27,899 bases of DNA from a virus (lineage: Duplodnaviria > Caudoviricetes): IMG/VR virus record IMGVR_UViG_3300029930_000013, positions 1 to 27,899 of that record, one strand, 5' to 3'. Position 1 is the first letter of the stretch. Each line of letters begins with the position of its first letter. A program made the position numbers and the translations under genes. A model generated the notes under the pieces. The model had not been told where the DNA came from. It saw nothing but the letters and a program-made list of their open reading frames with translations, and made no database searches. Positions 1-7,700 of this stretch are shown here, in pieces.

Positions 1-74
1 GGTTTGATTATATCGAATCGCCGCAACTTGAGTCTGCTCTGGGTATTCCCACTCTGGAGGAAATCGCGTTCTAA
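1..74 (+). CDS. 3' end of a truncated upstream hypothetical protein (...FDYIESPQLESALGIPTLEEIAF*)
   Basis: Frame 3 is open from base 3 to TAA at 72-74, with protein-like composition. It is followed directly by a hairpin/promoter element. The start lies outside the window. Confidence 0.55.
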   Translation, partial: FDYIESPQLESALGIPTLEEIAF

Positions 75-91
75 TGTAATACTAACTGTGT

Positions 92-129
92 GCTCCCTGG
101 TTGACACTGGGGAGCGTTTATGTTATACT
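92..129 (+). promoter_or_regulatory. Sigma70-type early promoter with the -35 box in a stem-loop (PeSL-like)
   Basis: TTGACA 101-106, a 17-nt spacer, TATACT 124-129 and extended -10 TG at 121-122. GCTCCCTGG (92-100) pairs with CTGGGGAGC (107-115) as 7 Watson-Crick and 2 G-U pairs, with TTGACA as the exact loop. Confidence 0.85.
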
Positions 130-330
130 CGTTGTTATAGTCGTTTGGCAGTGTTTTGCGGGCGGTTGTTATAGGCGCGGGGCGGCGTTGTCGTTATAAA
201 AAAAGCAAACTACCCTAACCTACAGAGGTGACAAAACGCGAGAGAAATATCAGACTGATAAAAAATTTCCGGAGAGGTATTCAAAGTCTATATACCTTGG
301 GATCAAAAAAATTCCGCCCAAAAAATTTTT
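130..330. other. Non-coding element with direct repeats, a G-rich tract, palindromes and A-tracts (candidate origin or structured RNA leader)
   Basis: GTTGTTATAG occurs at 131-140 and 165-174, and GGGCGG at 160-165 and 180-185. The palindrome TATCAG-A-CTGATA is at 248-260. AAAAAAT(T)TCCG occurs at ~260-271 and ~306-316. No plausible ORF is present. Confidence 0.5.
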
Positions 331-522
331 ATGGAAAAGGTTTATCATATCTACGCAAAAGATAAGTGTCTGATGCATTCGATTAAAGAAGAAGATTTTC
401 GTGCCACATGGAATACATTTCATCATCTTGTAGGTTTGATGAAAACTGACTATGAACCAGAAGATCTGTCATACGAAGAGGTGTTTGTAAGAAAAGACAT
501 ACAGCAAAATGCTTCGTATTGA
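331..522 (+). CDS. Hypothetical phage protein, 63 aa
   Basis: ATG start, normal composition and co-oriented with the cluster. Its stop TGA overlaps the -35 box of the next promoter. Confidence 0.75.
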   Translation: MEKVYHIYAKDKCLMHSIKEEDFRATWNTFHHLVGLMKTDYEPEDLSYEEVFVRKDIQQNASY

Positions 523-547
523 CAAATTCTAAATAGAACGATAAAAT
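519..547 (+). promoter_or_regulatory. Composite promoter: sigma70 (TTGACA-N17-TAAAAT) with a nested late-promoter core CTAAATA
   Basis: TTGACA 519-524 and TAAAAT 542-547 with a 17-nt spacer. CTAAATA at 529-535 lies inside the spacer. The element ends 24 nt upstream of ATG 572. Confidence 0.75.
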
Positions 548-571
548 TGATTTTGAAGGTAATTCAATCTT

Positions 572-1339
572 ATGGCTAAAGGATTCACAGTAAAAACAGT
601 AGCACCAAAGACTCAAGAACCAACTTGGGATATTGATGCAATTAAAGAACGAATGAGAGGAAAAGGAATTGTATTCTGTCTTCCTGGTAGAGGTTGTTCA
701 TATATCTTTCTGAAGAACTTTGTACAACTTTGTTTTGATATGGTTCAGAATGGAATGAGTATTCAAATTTCTCAAGACTACTCATCAATGGTAAACTTTG
801 CACGTTGTAAGGTTCTTGGTGCAAACGTTTTGAGAGGACCAAAGCAAATTCCTTGGGATGGTAAATTAGAGTATGATTATCAACTCTGGATTGATAATGA
901 CATTGTTTTTGATACAACCAAGTTCTGGCAACTCTGTGATTTAGCTCTTTCTGCTGATGGAGAAGAGAAGGAAATTACTGCAGGTTGGTATGCAACGGAA
1001 GATGGTCACACAACTTCTGTCGCACACTGGTTGGAAGAGGATGATTTCCGTAAGAATGGTGGAGTGATGAATCACGAAACTGTCGAAACAATGTCAAAAC
1101 GGAAGAAACCTTTTACAGTAGACTATACAGGTTTTGGATGGGTGTTGATTAAAAAGGGCGTTTTTGAGAATCTCGAATATCCTTGGTTTGCTCCAAAGAT
1201 GCAAGTCTTCGAATCTGGCAGTGTTCAAGACATGTGTGGTGAAGATGTCTCATTCTGTTTAGATGCAAAGGATGCAGGCTTTGAAATCTGGTGTGATCCT
1301 CGTATTCGTGTGGGTCATGAAAAAACTCGTATTATTTGA
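572..1339 (+). CDS. GT-A fold glycosyltransferase-like protein (GT2-like), 255 aa
   Basis: Hydrophobic N-terminal strand IVFCLPG, then 'VNFARC', the DxD motif in YQLWIDNDIVF, 'YTGFGWVLIKKGVFE', the acidic 'GEDVSFC' and the C-terminal 'RVGHEK'. This is the motif order of GT-A enzymes. Confidence 0.8.
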   Translation: MAKGFTVKTVAPKTQEPTWDIDAIKERMRGKGIVFCLPGRGCSYIFLKNFVQLCFDMVQNGMSIQISQDYSSMVNFARCKVLGANVLRGPKQIPWDGKLEYDYQLWIDNDIVFDTTKFWQLCDLALSADGEEKEITAGWYATEDGHTTSVAHWLEEDDFRKNGGVMNHETVETMSKRKKPFTVDYTGFGWVLIKKGVFENLEYPWFAPKMQVFESGSVQDMCGEDVSFCLDAKDAGFEIWCDPRIRVGHEKTRII

Positions 1340-1353
1340 TGGAGGGATTTTAA

Positions 1354-1497
1354 ATGGCTAAAGGTGGTGGAAGCAATAAGGTTATTTTTGAACCTGGAGC
1401 ACCAAAGAAAACTCGCCAAGGGCGCTCTCCTCGTACATTACTCAGTCCAACCTCTCGTAATGGGAGGAAAAAAAGATATCGGGGACAGGGTAAATAG
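1354..1497 (+). CDS. Small highly basic protein, 47 aa (MAKGGGSNKVIFEPGAPKKTRQGRSPRTLLSPTSRNGRKKRYRGQGK); not in the ORF track
   Basis: Strong SD GGAGGG at 1341-1346, ATG 1354 and TAG 1495-1497. It fills the gap between two genes. Composition is 7 Lys + 7 Arg versus 1 Glu. Confidence 0.8.
   Translation: MAKGGGSNKVIFEPGAPKKTRQGRSPRTLLSPTSRNGRKKRYRGQGK
1490..1496 (+). promoter_or_regulatory. Putative T4-type late promoter core (GTAAATA)
   Basis: TAAATA at 1491-1496 overlaps the last codons of the 47-aa ORF and lies 23 nt before ATG 1520. Confidence 0.5.
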
Positions 1498-1519
1498 TTA
1501 AGTCAATAAAAGAGTTCAC

Positions 1520-2257
1520 ATGGCATGTTTGATTGCTAATTTACCTTCTCAAGAGGTATGGGTTCGTAAAGAATACTTAACGGATCATCAAAGTGGTTGG
1601 GGTGAATTTGTAAAAGGCGTTTGGGTATCGGTTAAATCGATGCCTGGACGCGCTTTTTATTTTGAAACCTATTTACCAGAGTATGCTGCAATGTATGATA
1701 AATTGCCAATTAGTGCTTTTTTATCTCGTCCAGAAACTCCAAGTCCAGATTTAGATTTACCTAATCTTCAATTTTGGAATTGTATGGATTATGGAGTAGT
1801 TGCTGTACAAAAACAATTCATTGGATCCATGGATTATGAGTGTTATACTCGTGATTTTGGAGCACAGAAAGGGACTTATATCTGCACACTAGATAATTAT
1901 CATCAAGATCCTGATACGATTGACTATGCAACAAGTGAAAATCCTGCTGAACACAAGTCACACAACCTCATTGAGTTGCACAATGGGCAGTTTGCACTCT
2001 ATCCTAACAATCGAATACGCATTTATGACAATAGTTTAACTCCAAAAGAACCAAAAACCCCAGATTTTAAAGTTTCAACACGCTACTATCAAGTTGAAAA
2101 CGGACATGATCGACTTGGAATGGGTCATGAAGATGAATATTTTTGGAAAACTGCAAAAGAACGGGATAGCAACCCCGTAAAAAGTTCTGATTTTAACGAA
2201 TCAGGAGCAAAAAATGGAGAACAACGAGAAAAAAATGTTGAGAGAGATTGCGAATGA
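1520..2257 (+). CDS. Hypothetical phage protein, 245 aa (aromatic-rich, probably beta-rich; last ~30 aa may be a read-through tail)
   Basis: Long ORF with ATG start after a TAAATA. The well-formed globular sequence appears to end near EYFWKTAKER. The low-complexity tail overlaps an RNA hairpin pair and the next ORF. Confidence 0.85.
   Translation: MACLIANLPSQEVWVRKEYLTDHQSGWGEFVKGVWVSVKSMPGRAFYFETYLPEYAAMYDKLPISAFLSRPETPSPDLDLPNLQFWNCMDYGVVAVQKQFIGSMDYECYTRDFGAQKGTYICTLDNYHQDPDTIDYATSENPAEHKSHNLIELHNGQFALYPNNRIRIYDNSLTPKEPKTPDFKVSTRYYQVENGHDRLGMGHEDEYFWKTAKERDSNPVKSSDFNESGAKNGEQREKNVERDCE
2161..2208 (+). promoter_or_regulatory. Twin-hairpin cis-regulatory RNA candidate sequestering a Shine-Dalgarno
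   Basis: Hairpin 1 is ACGGG(2161-65)/CCCGT(2174-78) with loop ATAGCAAC, followed by an A5 linker. Hairpin 2 is TTCTGATT(2185-92)/AATCAGGA(2199-2206) with loop TTAACG. The SD AGGAG (2203-07) lies on the 3' arm, 6 nt before ATG 2214. Confidence 0.6.
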
Positions 2258-2381
2258 CAATCAAACTCCAAAAAAACATGATTTTTCATTACAAAAAGAG
2301 TTACATGCCAAAATTCGTAATGATGAAGACTATGATGATTGGGAATATGGCACCGAACCTATACCTTTATCAGAATTTTAG
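2214..2381 (+). CDS. Small hypothetical protein, 55 aa, acidic C-terminus (MENNEKKMLREIAND...NDEDYDDWEYGTEPIPLSEF); not in the ORF track
   Basis: SD AGGAG at 2203-2207, ATG 2214 and TAG 2379-2381. It fills the gap before the gp25 late promoter and overlaps the 245-aa ORF by 44 nt. Confidence 0.75.
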   Translation: MENNEKKMLREIANDNQTPKKHDFSLQKELHAKIRNDEDYDDWEYGTEPIPLSEF

Positions 2382-2394
2382 TTAAAAATTGCCC

Positions 2395-2401
2395 ATAAAT
2401 A
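2395..2401 (+). promoter_or_regulatory. T4-type (gp55-dependent) late promoter ATAAATA for the baseplate operon
   Basis: Intergenic CATAAATA 20 nt upstream of ATG 2422. It matches the T4 TATAAATA / cyanophage NATAAATA consensus. Confidence 0.8.
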
Positions 2402-2421
2402 AGTTAGAATTTGTATCATCC

Positions 2422-2823
2422 ATGCCTCTAGAGCGGGTAAGTCAAGGATTTAAGGACATTAGTATGTCATTTCAGGTTAATCCCTTAAATGATGACTTAA
2501 TTGCTTTGAAAAATGAAACCGCGATTGCCCGCTCAATTCGTAATATTGTATTTACTTTTCCTGGAGAGAAGTTTTTTGACCCAGATTTTGGTTCAAATGT
2601 AACTCGCTCTCTTTTTGAAAATATTGACGATATTACCGCGATTACAATTCGAGATGAAATCGAAAATTCAATTCAAAATTATGAGCCGAGAGTGAATTTA
2701 GTGAGTGTGGAGGCAACTCCAGACTATGATAATAATGGATTTAACGTTGTTATCGTATATAGAATCGTCGGAGCAGACATTCCTGCTCAACAATTAGAAT
2801 TCGTCTTGTTGCCAACACGATAA
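2422..2823 (+). CDS. gp25: Baseplate wedge subunit gp25 (GPW/gp25 family), 133 aa
   Basis: Motifs 'FKDISMSF..NP', 'AIARSIRNIV.T.PGEKFFDPDFGS' and 'IQNYEPRV'. The start is moved from the track's TTG 2389 to ATG 2422 because the late promoter lies between the two. Confidence 0.92.
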   Translation: MPLERVSQGFKDISMSFQVNPLNDDLIALKNETAIARSIRNIVFTFPGEKFFDPDFGSNVTRSLFENIDDITAITIRDEIENSIQNYEPRVNLVSVEATPDYDNNGFNVVIVYRIVGADIPAQQLEFVLLPTR

Positions 2824-4758
2824 ATGCCACTTCAAAACTTCACTGGTCTTGATTTTGACCAGATAAAACAAACTTTAAAAGACTATCTAAAATCAAATTC
2901 TAATTTTACAGATTATGACTTTGATGGGTCGAATCTGTCAACGATTCTTGATGTTTTAGCCTACAATACTTACATCACCTCATATAATGCAAATATGATT
3001 GCAAATGAGGTGTTCATTGATAGTGCGACTTTAAGAGAAAACGTAGTCGCTCTTGCAAGGAATATTGGATATTTGCCGAGATCAAAGAAGTCTTCTCGCG
3101 CATCTATCAATTTTTTTATTGATACTACAAATATTTCACCGACACCATCTACATTAGTTCTTAAAAAAGGTCCTGTTGTTGCAACAAGTAATCAATTTGC
3201 AGGGCAATCTTATGTTTTTGGTATTACCGAAGACAAATCTGTTTCTGTCATTGATGGAATTGCAACTTTTGATGCATTAGAAGTTTATCAAGGCACAGTC
3301 ATTGAGCAAAGTTTTGAATATTCATCTAGAAATCCATTTCAACGATTTATTTTGCCAAATGCAGGCATTGATTTAGATACTTTGAAGGTAAGTGTCAAGC
3401 CAAGTAATCTCTCCACAGTATCAGTTAGATATACTAGACAAGATAATTTGTTTGATAATGTTTCTGGATCTGTAGTAACAGGAAATTCGACGATTTATTT
3501 TATCAATGAGGTCGAAGATGAACAATATGAGATTGTTTTTGGTGATGATATTTTTGGAAAAGCACTAGAAGATGGAAATGTCATTGAAGTCTCATACGTT
3601 GTGACTGATGGAGACTCTGCAAATGGTATTAGTAATTTTACTTTTAGTGGAAGATTAACATATACAAGAAATTCTGTCGAATATACCATTACAAGTGGCA
3701 TCTCATTGATTACAGCAACTCTACCATCAAGTGGTGGTGAGCAAATTGAAAGTGTTGACTCAATTAGAAAGTATGCACCCCAGATATATTCAACTCAAAA
3801 CAGAGCTTTAACTGCAAATGACTATGAAATCTTGATTCCCAATAAAATATACCCAGAAGCAGAGTCAATTTCTGTATTTGGTGGTGAAGAATTGGTCCCC
3901 CCTCAATATGGGAAAGTTTTTATTAGCATAAAACCAAGAATTGGGGATTTTGTTCCCAATTCAATCAAAGAAAATATAAAAAGGGACTTAAAAAAATACG
4001 CTGTTGCTGGAATTGTTCCAGAAATTTTAGATCTTAAGTACTTGTACGTTGAACTTGACAGTAAAGTTTACTATAACAGCAATTTAGCGCCAAATGCTTC
4101 ATTTGTATCCACTCTAGTTCAATCAAATATCAATAAGTACGCCGAATCATCTGAATTAAATAGATATGGAGCAAGATTCAAATACAGTAAACTTTTAAAG
4201 GTCATTGATCAAAGTCACTCTTCTGTTACATCAAATATTACAACGGTTCAAATGAGAAGAGATGTGCGAATTGCCTTAAATACTTTTGCAGAGTACGCTA
4301 TTGACTTTGGAAATGAAATTCACATTGCATCAATGAATGGATACAACATTAAATCAAGTGCTTTTAGACTTGTTGATATTTCTGAAGAAGTTTATCTGTT
4401 TGATGTTCCAAATTCCGATAAAAAAACTGGAATTATTTCAATTTTCTCTCTTCCTGCTGCTGGTTCAACAACACCAAATGTTAGAAGAAGAAACATTGGC
4501 AAAATCGACTATAAAAAAGGTCGTATTACACTCAATCCAGTAAACATTATTTCGGGAAAAACAAAAGATGGGCAACAAATTTTAGAAATTTCTGCAATTC
4601 CAAGTTCTAATGATGTGATTGGTTTACAGGATTTATATTTACAACTAGATAGAAGTAATATTGAAATGATTGTTGATGAAATCAGTTCTGGGTTAGACCC
4701 TGCAGGTTCAAATTATAAAGTAAGTTCAAGTTATCATAACGAAAGCATTGTTAGATAG
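2824..4758 (+). CDS. gp6: Baseplate wedge subunit gp6, 644 aa
   Basis: Motifs 'LDFDQIKQTLKDYL', 'FTDYDFDGSNLS.ILDVLAYNT', 'NEVFIDSATLRENVV.LA..IGY.P' and 'QNRALTANDY'. The start abuts the gp25 stop (TAAATG). Confidence 0.95.
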   Translation: MPLQNFTGLDFDQIKQTLKDYLKSNSNFTDYDFDGSNLSTILDVLAYNTYITSYNANMIANEVFIDSATLRENVVALARNIGYLPRSKKSSRASINFFIDTTNISPTPSTLVLKKGPVVATSNQFAGQSYVFGITEDKSVSVIDGIATFDALEVYQGTVIEQSFEYSSRNPFQRFILPNAGIDLDTLKVSVKPSNLSTVSVRYTRQDNLFDNVSGSVVTGNSTIYFINEVEDEQYEIVFGDDIFGKALEDGNVIEVSYVVTDGDSANGISNFTFSGRLTYTRNSVEYTITSGISLITATLPSSGGEQIESVDSIRKYAPQIYSTQNRALTANDYEILIPNKIYPEAESISVFGGEELVPPQYGKVFISIKPRIGDFVPNSIKENIKRDLKKYAVAGIVPEILDLKYLYVELDSKVYYNSNLAPNASFVSTLVQSNINKYAESSELNRYGARFKYSKLLKVIDQSHSSVTSNITTVQMRRDVRIALNTFAEYAIDFGNEIHIASMNGYNIKSSAFRLVDISEEVYLFDVPNSDKKTGIISIFSLPAAGSTTPNVRRRNIGKIDYKKGRITLNPVNIISGKTKDGQQILEISAIPSSNDVIGLQDLYLQLDRSNIEMIVDEISSGLDPAGSNYKVSSSYHNESIVR

Positions 4759-4763
4759 AAGAA

Positions 4764-7700
4764 ATGACAGAAAAGAGAGTTCAGTTTAACAAAATTGTAA
4801 AAAACCAATTACCCTCTTATGTTCAAGAGGAATTTCCATTAATTGGTGAATTTTTATCTCAATATTATTTGGGACAGGAATATCAAGGAGCTCCTGTTGA
4901 CCTAATTCAAAATATTGACTCATATATTAAGTTAGACTCTTGTGGAAAAATTATAAAATCCACAACTCTCACAGAAGACATTGATTCTTTTGATACAACT
5001 ATTGCAGTTGAAAATACAGAAGGATTCCCAGCAAATTATGGACTCATCAAAATTGATAATGAGGTGATTACCTATGCCAGTAAAACTGACGTTTCTTTTG
5101 TTGGATGCGTAAGAGGGTTTAGTGGAATCACTTCATTTACGAATCCAAATAATCCCGAAGATTTAATTTTTTCGACCTCTGTAGCGGATAATCACTCGAA
5201 TGAAACATTAGTAGAGAATCTCAGTGTTTTATTTTTAAATGAATTTTTAAAAAAAATTAAAAAACAAGTTTTACCTGGATTGCAGGGTAGAGATTTAGTC
5301 AATGGATTAAATCAACCACAATTTATTCGCCAATCAAAAGACTTTTATTCTACTAGAGGAACTGATGAGTCTTTTAAAATTCTTTTCAAATCTCTTTATG
5401 GTGAAGATGTAAGTGTAATACGCCCAAGAGATTATGTCATCTCACCTTCAAATGCTAACTATAAAAAAACCCGCGATTTAATTGTAGAGTCAGTTTCAGG
5501 AGATCCATTTGAGCTTTTAAATAAAACTCTCTTTCAAGACCAATTTGAAAACATTTCAAAAGCATATGCTCCAGTATCAAATGTAGAAAGAGTTTCTGTT
5601 GGGGTTTTGACGGATTCTTACTATAGAGTAAGTATTGATGGGTCTTATACCCAAAATGATGGGTCTGTTGAATTATTATATGGTGAACTATCAATTCATC
5701 CCAAAACAAAAATTATTGGAAATGTTGGAGCAGGTCAAACTTTCATAGATGTTGATTCTACAGTAGGTTTTCCAAAAAATGGAACTTTATCTTTTGTTTA
5801 TAATAATGGAACAACAGGTGTTGTAACTTATTCAGATAAAACTATCAATCAGTTTTTGGGTATTTCGACAGAAGCAGTCACAAGGACAATTTTAGACAAA
5901 ACAAGTATTGACCAAGATACTTATGCATATGCATCTGGAGCTGGCACAACAGACGGTATTAGAATAAAAATTAGATCTGTATTGAATCAACTCAATATAC
6001 CAGCAACTACAAAATACCAACAATCTGGTTCTACAATTAAATTTAAAACTTTAGGAAGAGTTTCTAATAGTAAAAAAGCAAATGGGTGGTTATTTAATAC
6101 TGCACAAAGTTATGATGTTTCGTCATTAAGTCTTATTGATTCTACAAATAATACCTATAGGTTAGTAACAACAGATTCCAACATCTTTAGAATAGGTGAT
6201 GGCGTCTCTTTAATTGATAATAGCGACACAGTTCTTCCTAATAAGTTTATTGTTTTTGACGTTTTTAACAACCAAACCTGCTTAATTAGAGGTCTTGGAA
6301 TCAATGACCCCTCTGTAATTAAAAAAGCAAGAAGAACGATTACAAAGATTGACTCTAGTTTACACCAAAATCTTAATAAGATTACGTCAAACGTACAAAA
6401 CGTATATTTAGATTCTGATAAAATTCTTGTTGCTTCTTCATCGCTTCCATCTTTCGGTGAACCACTTTCACCAACAGGAGTAAAATTCGGACCAAAAACA
6501 CAAAAAATAACGTTTAGTGGAACTTTTAATAAAGACGAAGAAACACTAACGTTCACAAATGTTGTCGATCATAATTTCTTTACAGGAGATTCAATTTATT
6601 ATACTCCAGAAAAGGGGTCTGTTATTACCATAGATTCTAGCGGAGAATCTATTTTTCAAGAGTATGTGATAAGTTCACTCTTTGAAGAGGGATTATATTT
6701 TGTAAAAAGAATAGACGAAAAAAGTGTAAAATTAGCCAAGAGTAGATCAAACATTTATAATGAACTTTTTGCAAAAGTAAAAACTGATGGTAGCGATACA
6801 GTAACTATTCAAAATAATATTATTGAAAAATATGATTACAAAGATAAATTCATTGAACCACAAAAACTATTAAGAGAAGTATCTCCACCAATTAATGATG
6901 GAAAGGTTTATGAAACAACAATTGGATATAATGGAATTTTAGTAAACGGTGTAGAAATTTTAAATTATAAATCACGAGATATTGTTTATTATGGAAAAAT
7001 TAATTCCGTTGAAGTTGTGTCTGGTGGGAAAAATTATGATGTAGTATCTCCACCAGTTGTGAGTATTACAGACTCTACGGGAATTGGGGCAACGGGATAT
7101 TGTTCGGTCAAAGGATCTTTTGCAGAGATTAGAGTTTTAAATTCTGGTTTTGATTATGTGGAAGTTCCAACCATTAAAATTAGTGGTGGAAATGGTTTAG
7201 GGGCAAGAGCAGAAGCAAAATTGGTCACGATTCCATATGAAGTTACTTTTAATGCCTCGGGAATTGGAACTGCCATTGGTATTGGATCTACAAATTCTTC
7301 GATTGGATTTTCAACCTATCATAAATTTAGAAACGCCGAAAGAGTAGTATATAAAACTTTTGGTAGAAACGCACTTGTTGGTCTTGATACTGGTGCGATA
7401 TATCATGTATCAACAAAAGATGATTATACTGTAAAACTTCATAAGACATTAAATGATGCTGTTCTTGGAATTAATACCGTAACATTTACAAATTACGGTA
7501 GTGGCATTCATGCTTTGAGTTCTTTGAATGGAAAAGCAGTGTTAAATTCCATTTCAATAATTGATCCTGGAGTTGGATATGAAAATAAAAAGAGAACTTG
7601 CGGAGTTTCTGGAATTAACACGTCTTTAGATACAATTACAATTCCAAATCATGATTATAAAACTGGAGAAATTATTAAATATTCCGCTGATGGTACTCCA

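Noticed and set aside
121-200. GTTGTTATAG repeats as a mini-CRISPR array
   Set aside because: There are only two exact 10-nt copies with irregular spacing, far shorter than CRISPR repeats, and no cas genes.
213-222. CCCTAACCTA resembling a telomeric CCCTAA repeat
   Set aside because: It is a single imperfect unit in a phage context, not a tandem array.
383-917. Minus-strand ORFs 383-616 and 642-917
   Set aside because: They are antisense to well-supported + strand genes and promoters, have atypical composition and show no evident RBS.
2389-2421. TTG start for gp25 given by the ORF track
   Set aside because: The late promoter ATAAATA (2395-2401) lies downstream of it. ATG 2422 (MPLERVS...) is the plausible start.
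4157-4282. TAAATA hexamers within gp6 (and other CDS) as late promoters
   Set aside because: The hexamer alone is common in AT-rich DNA. These copies lack the preceding A and are far from gene starts.
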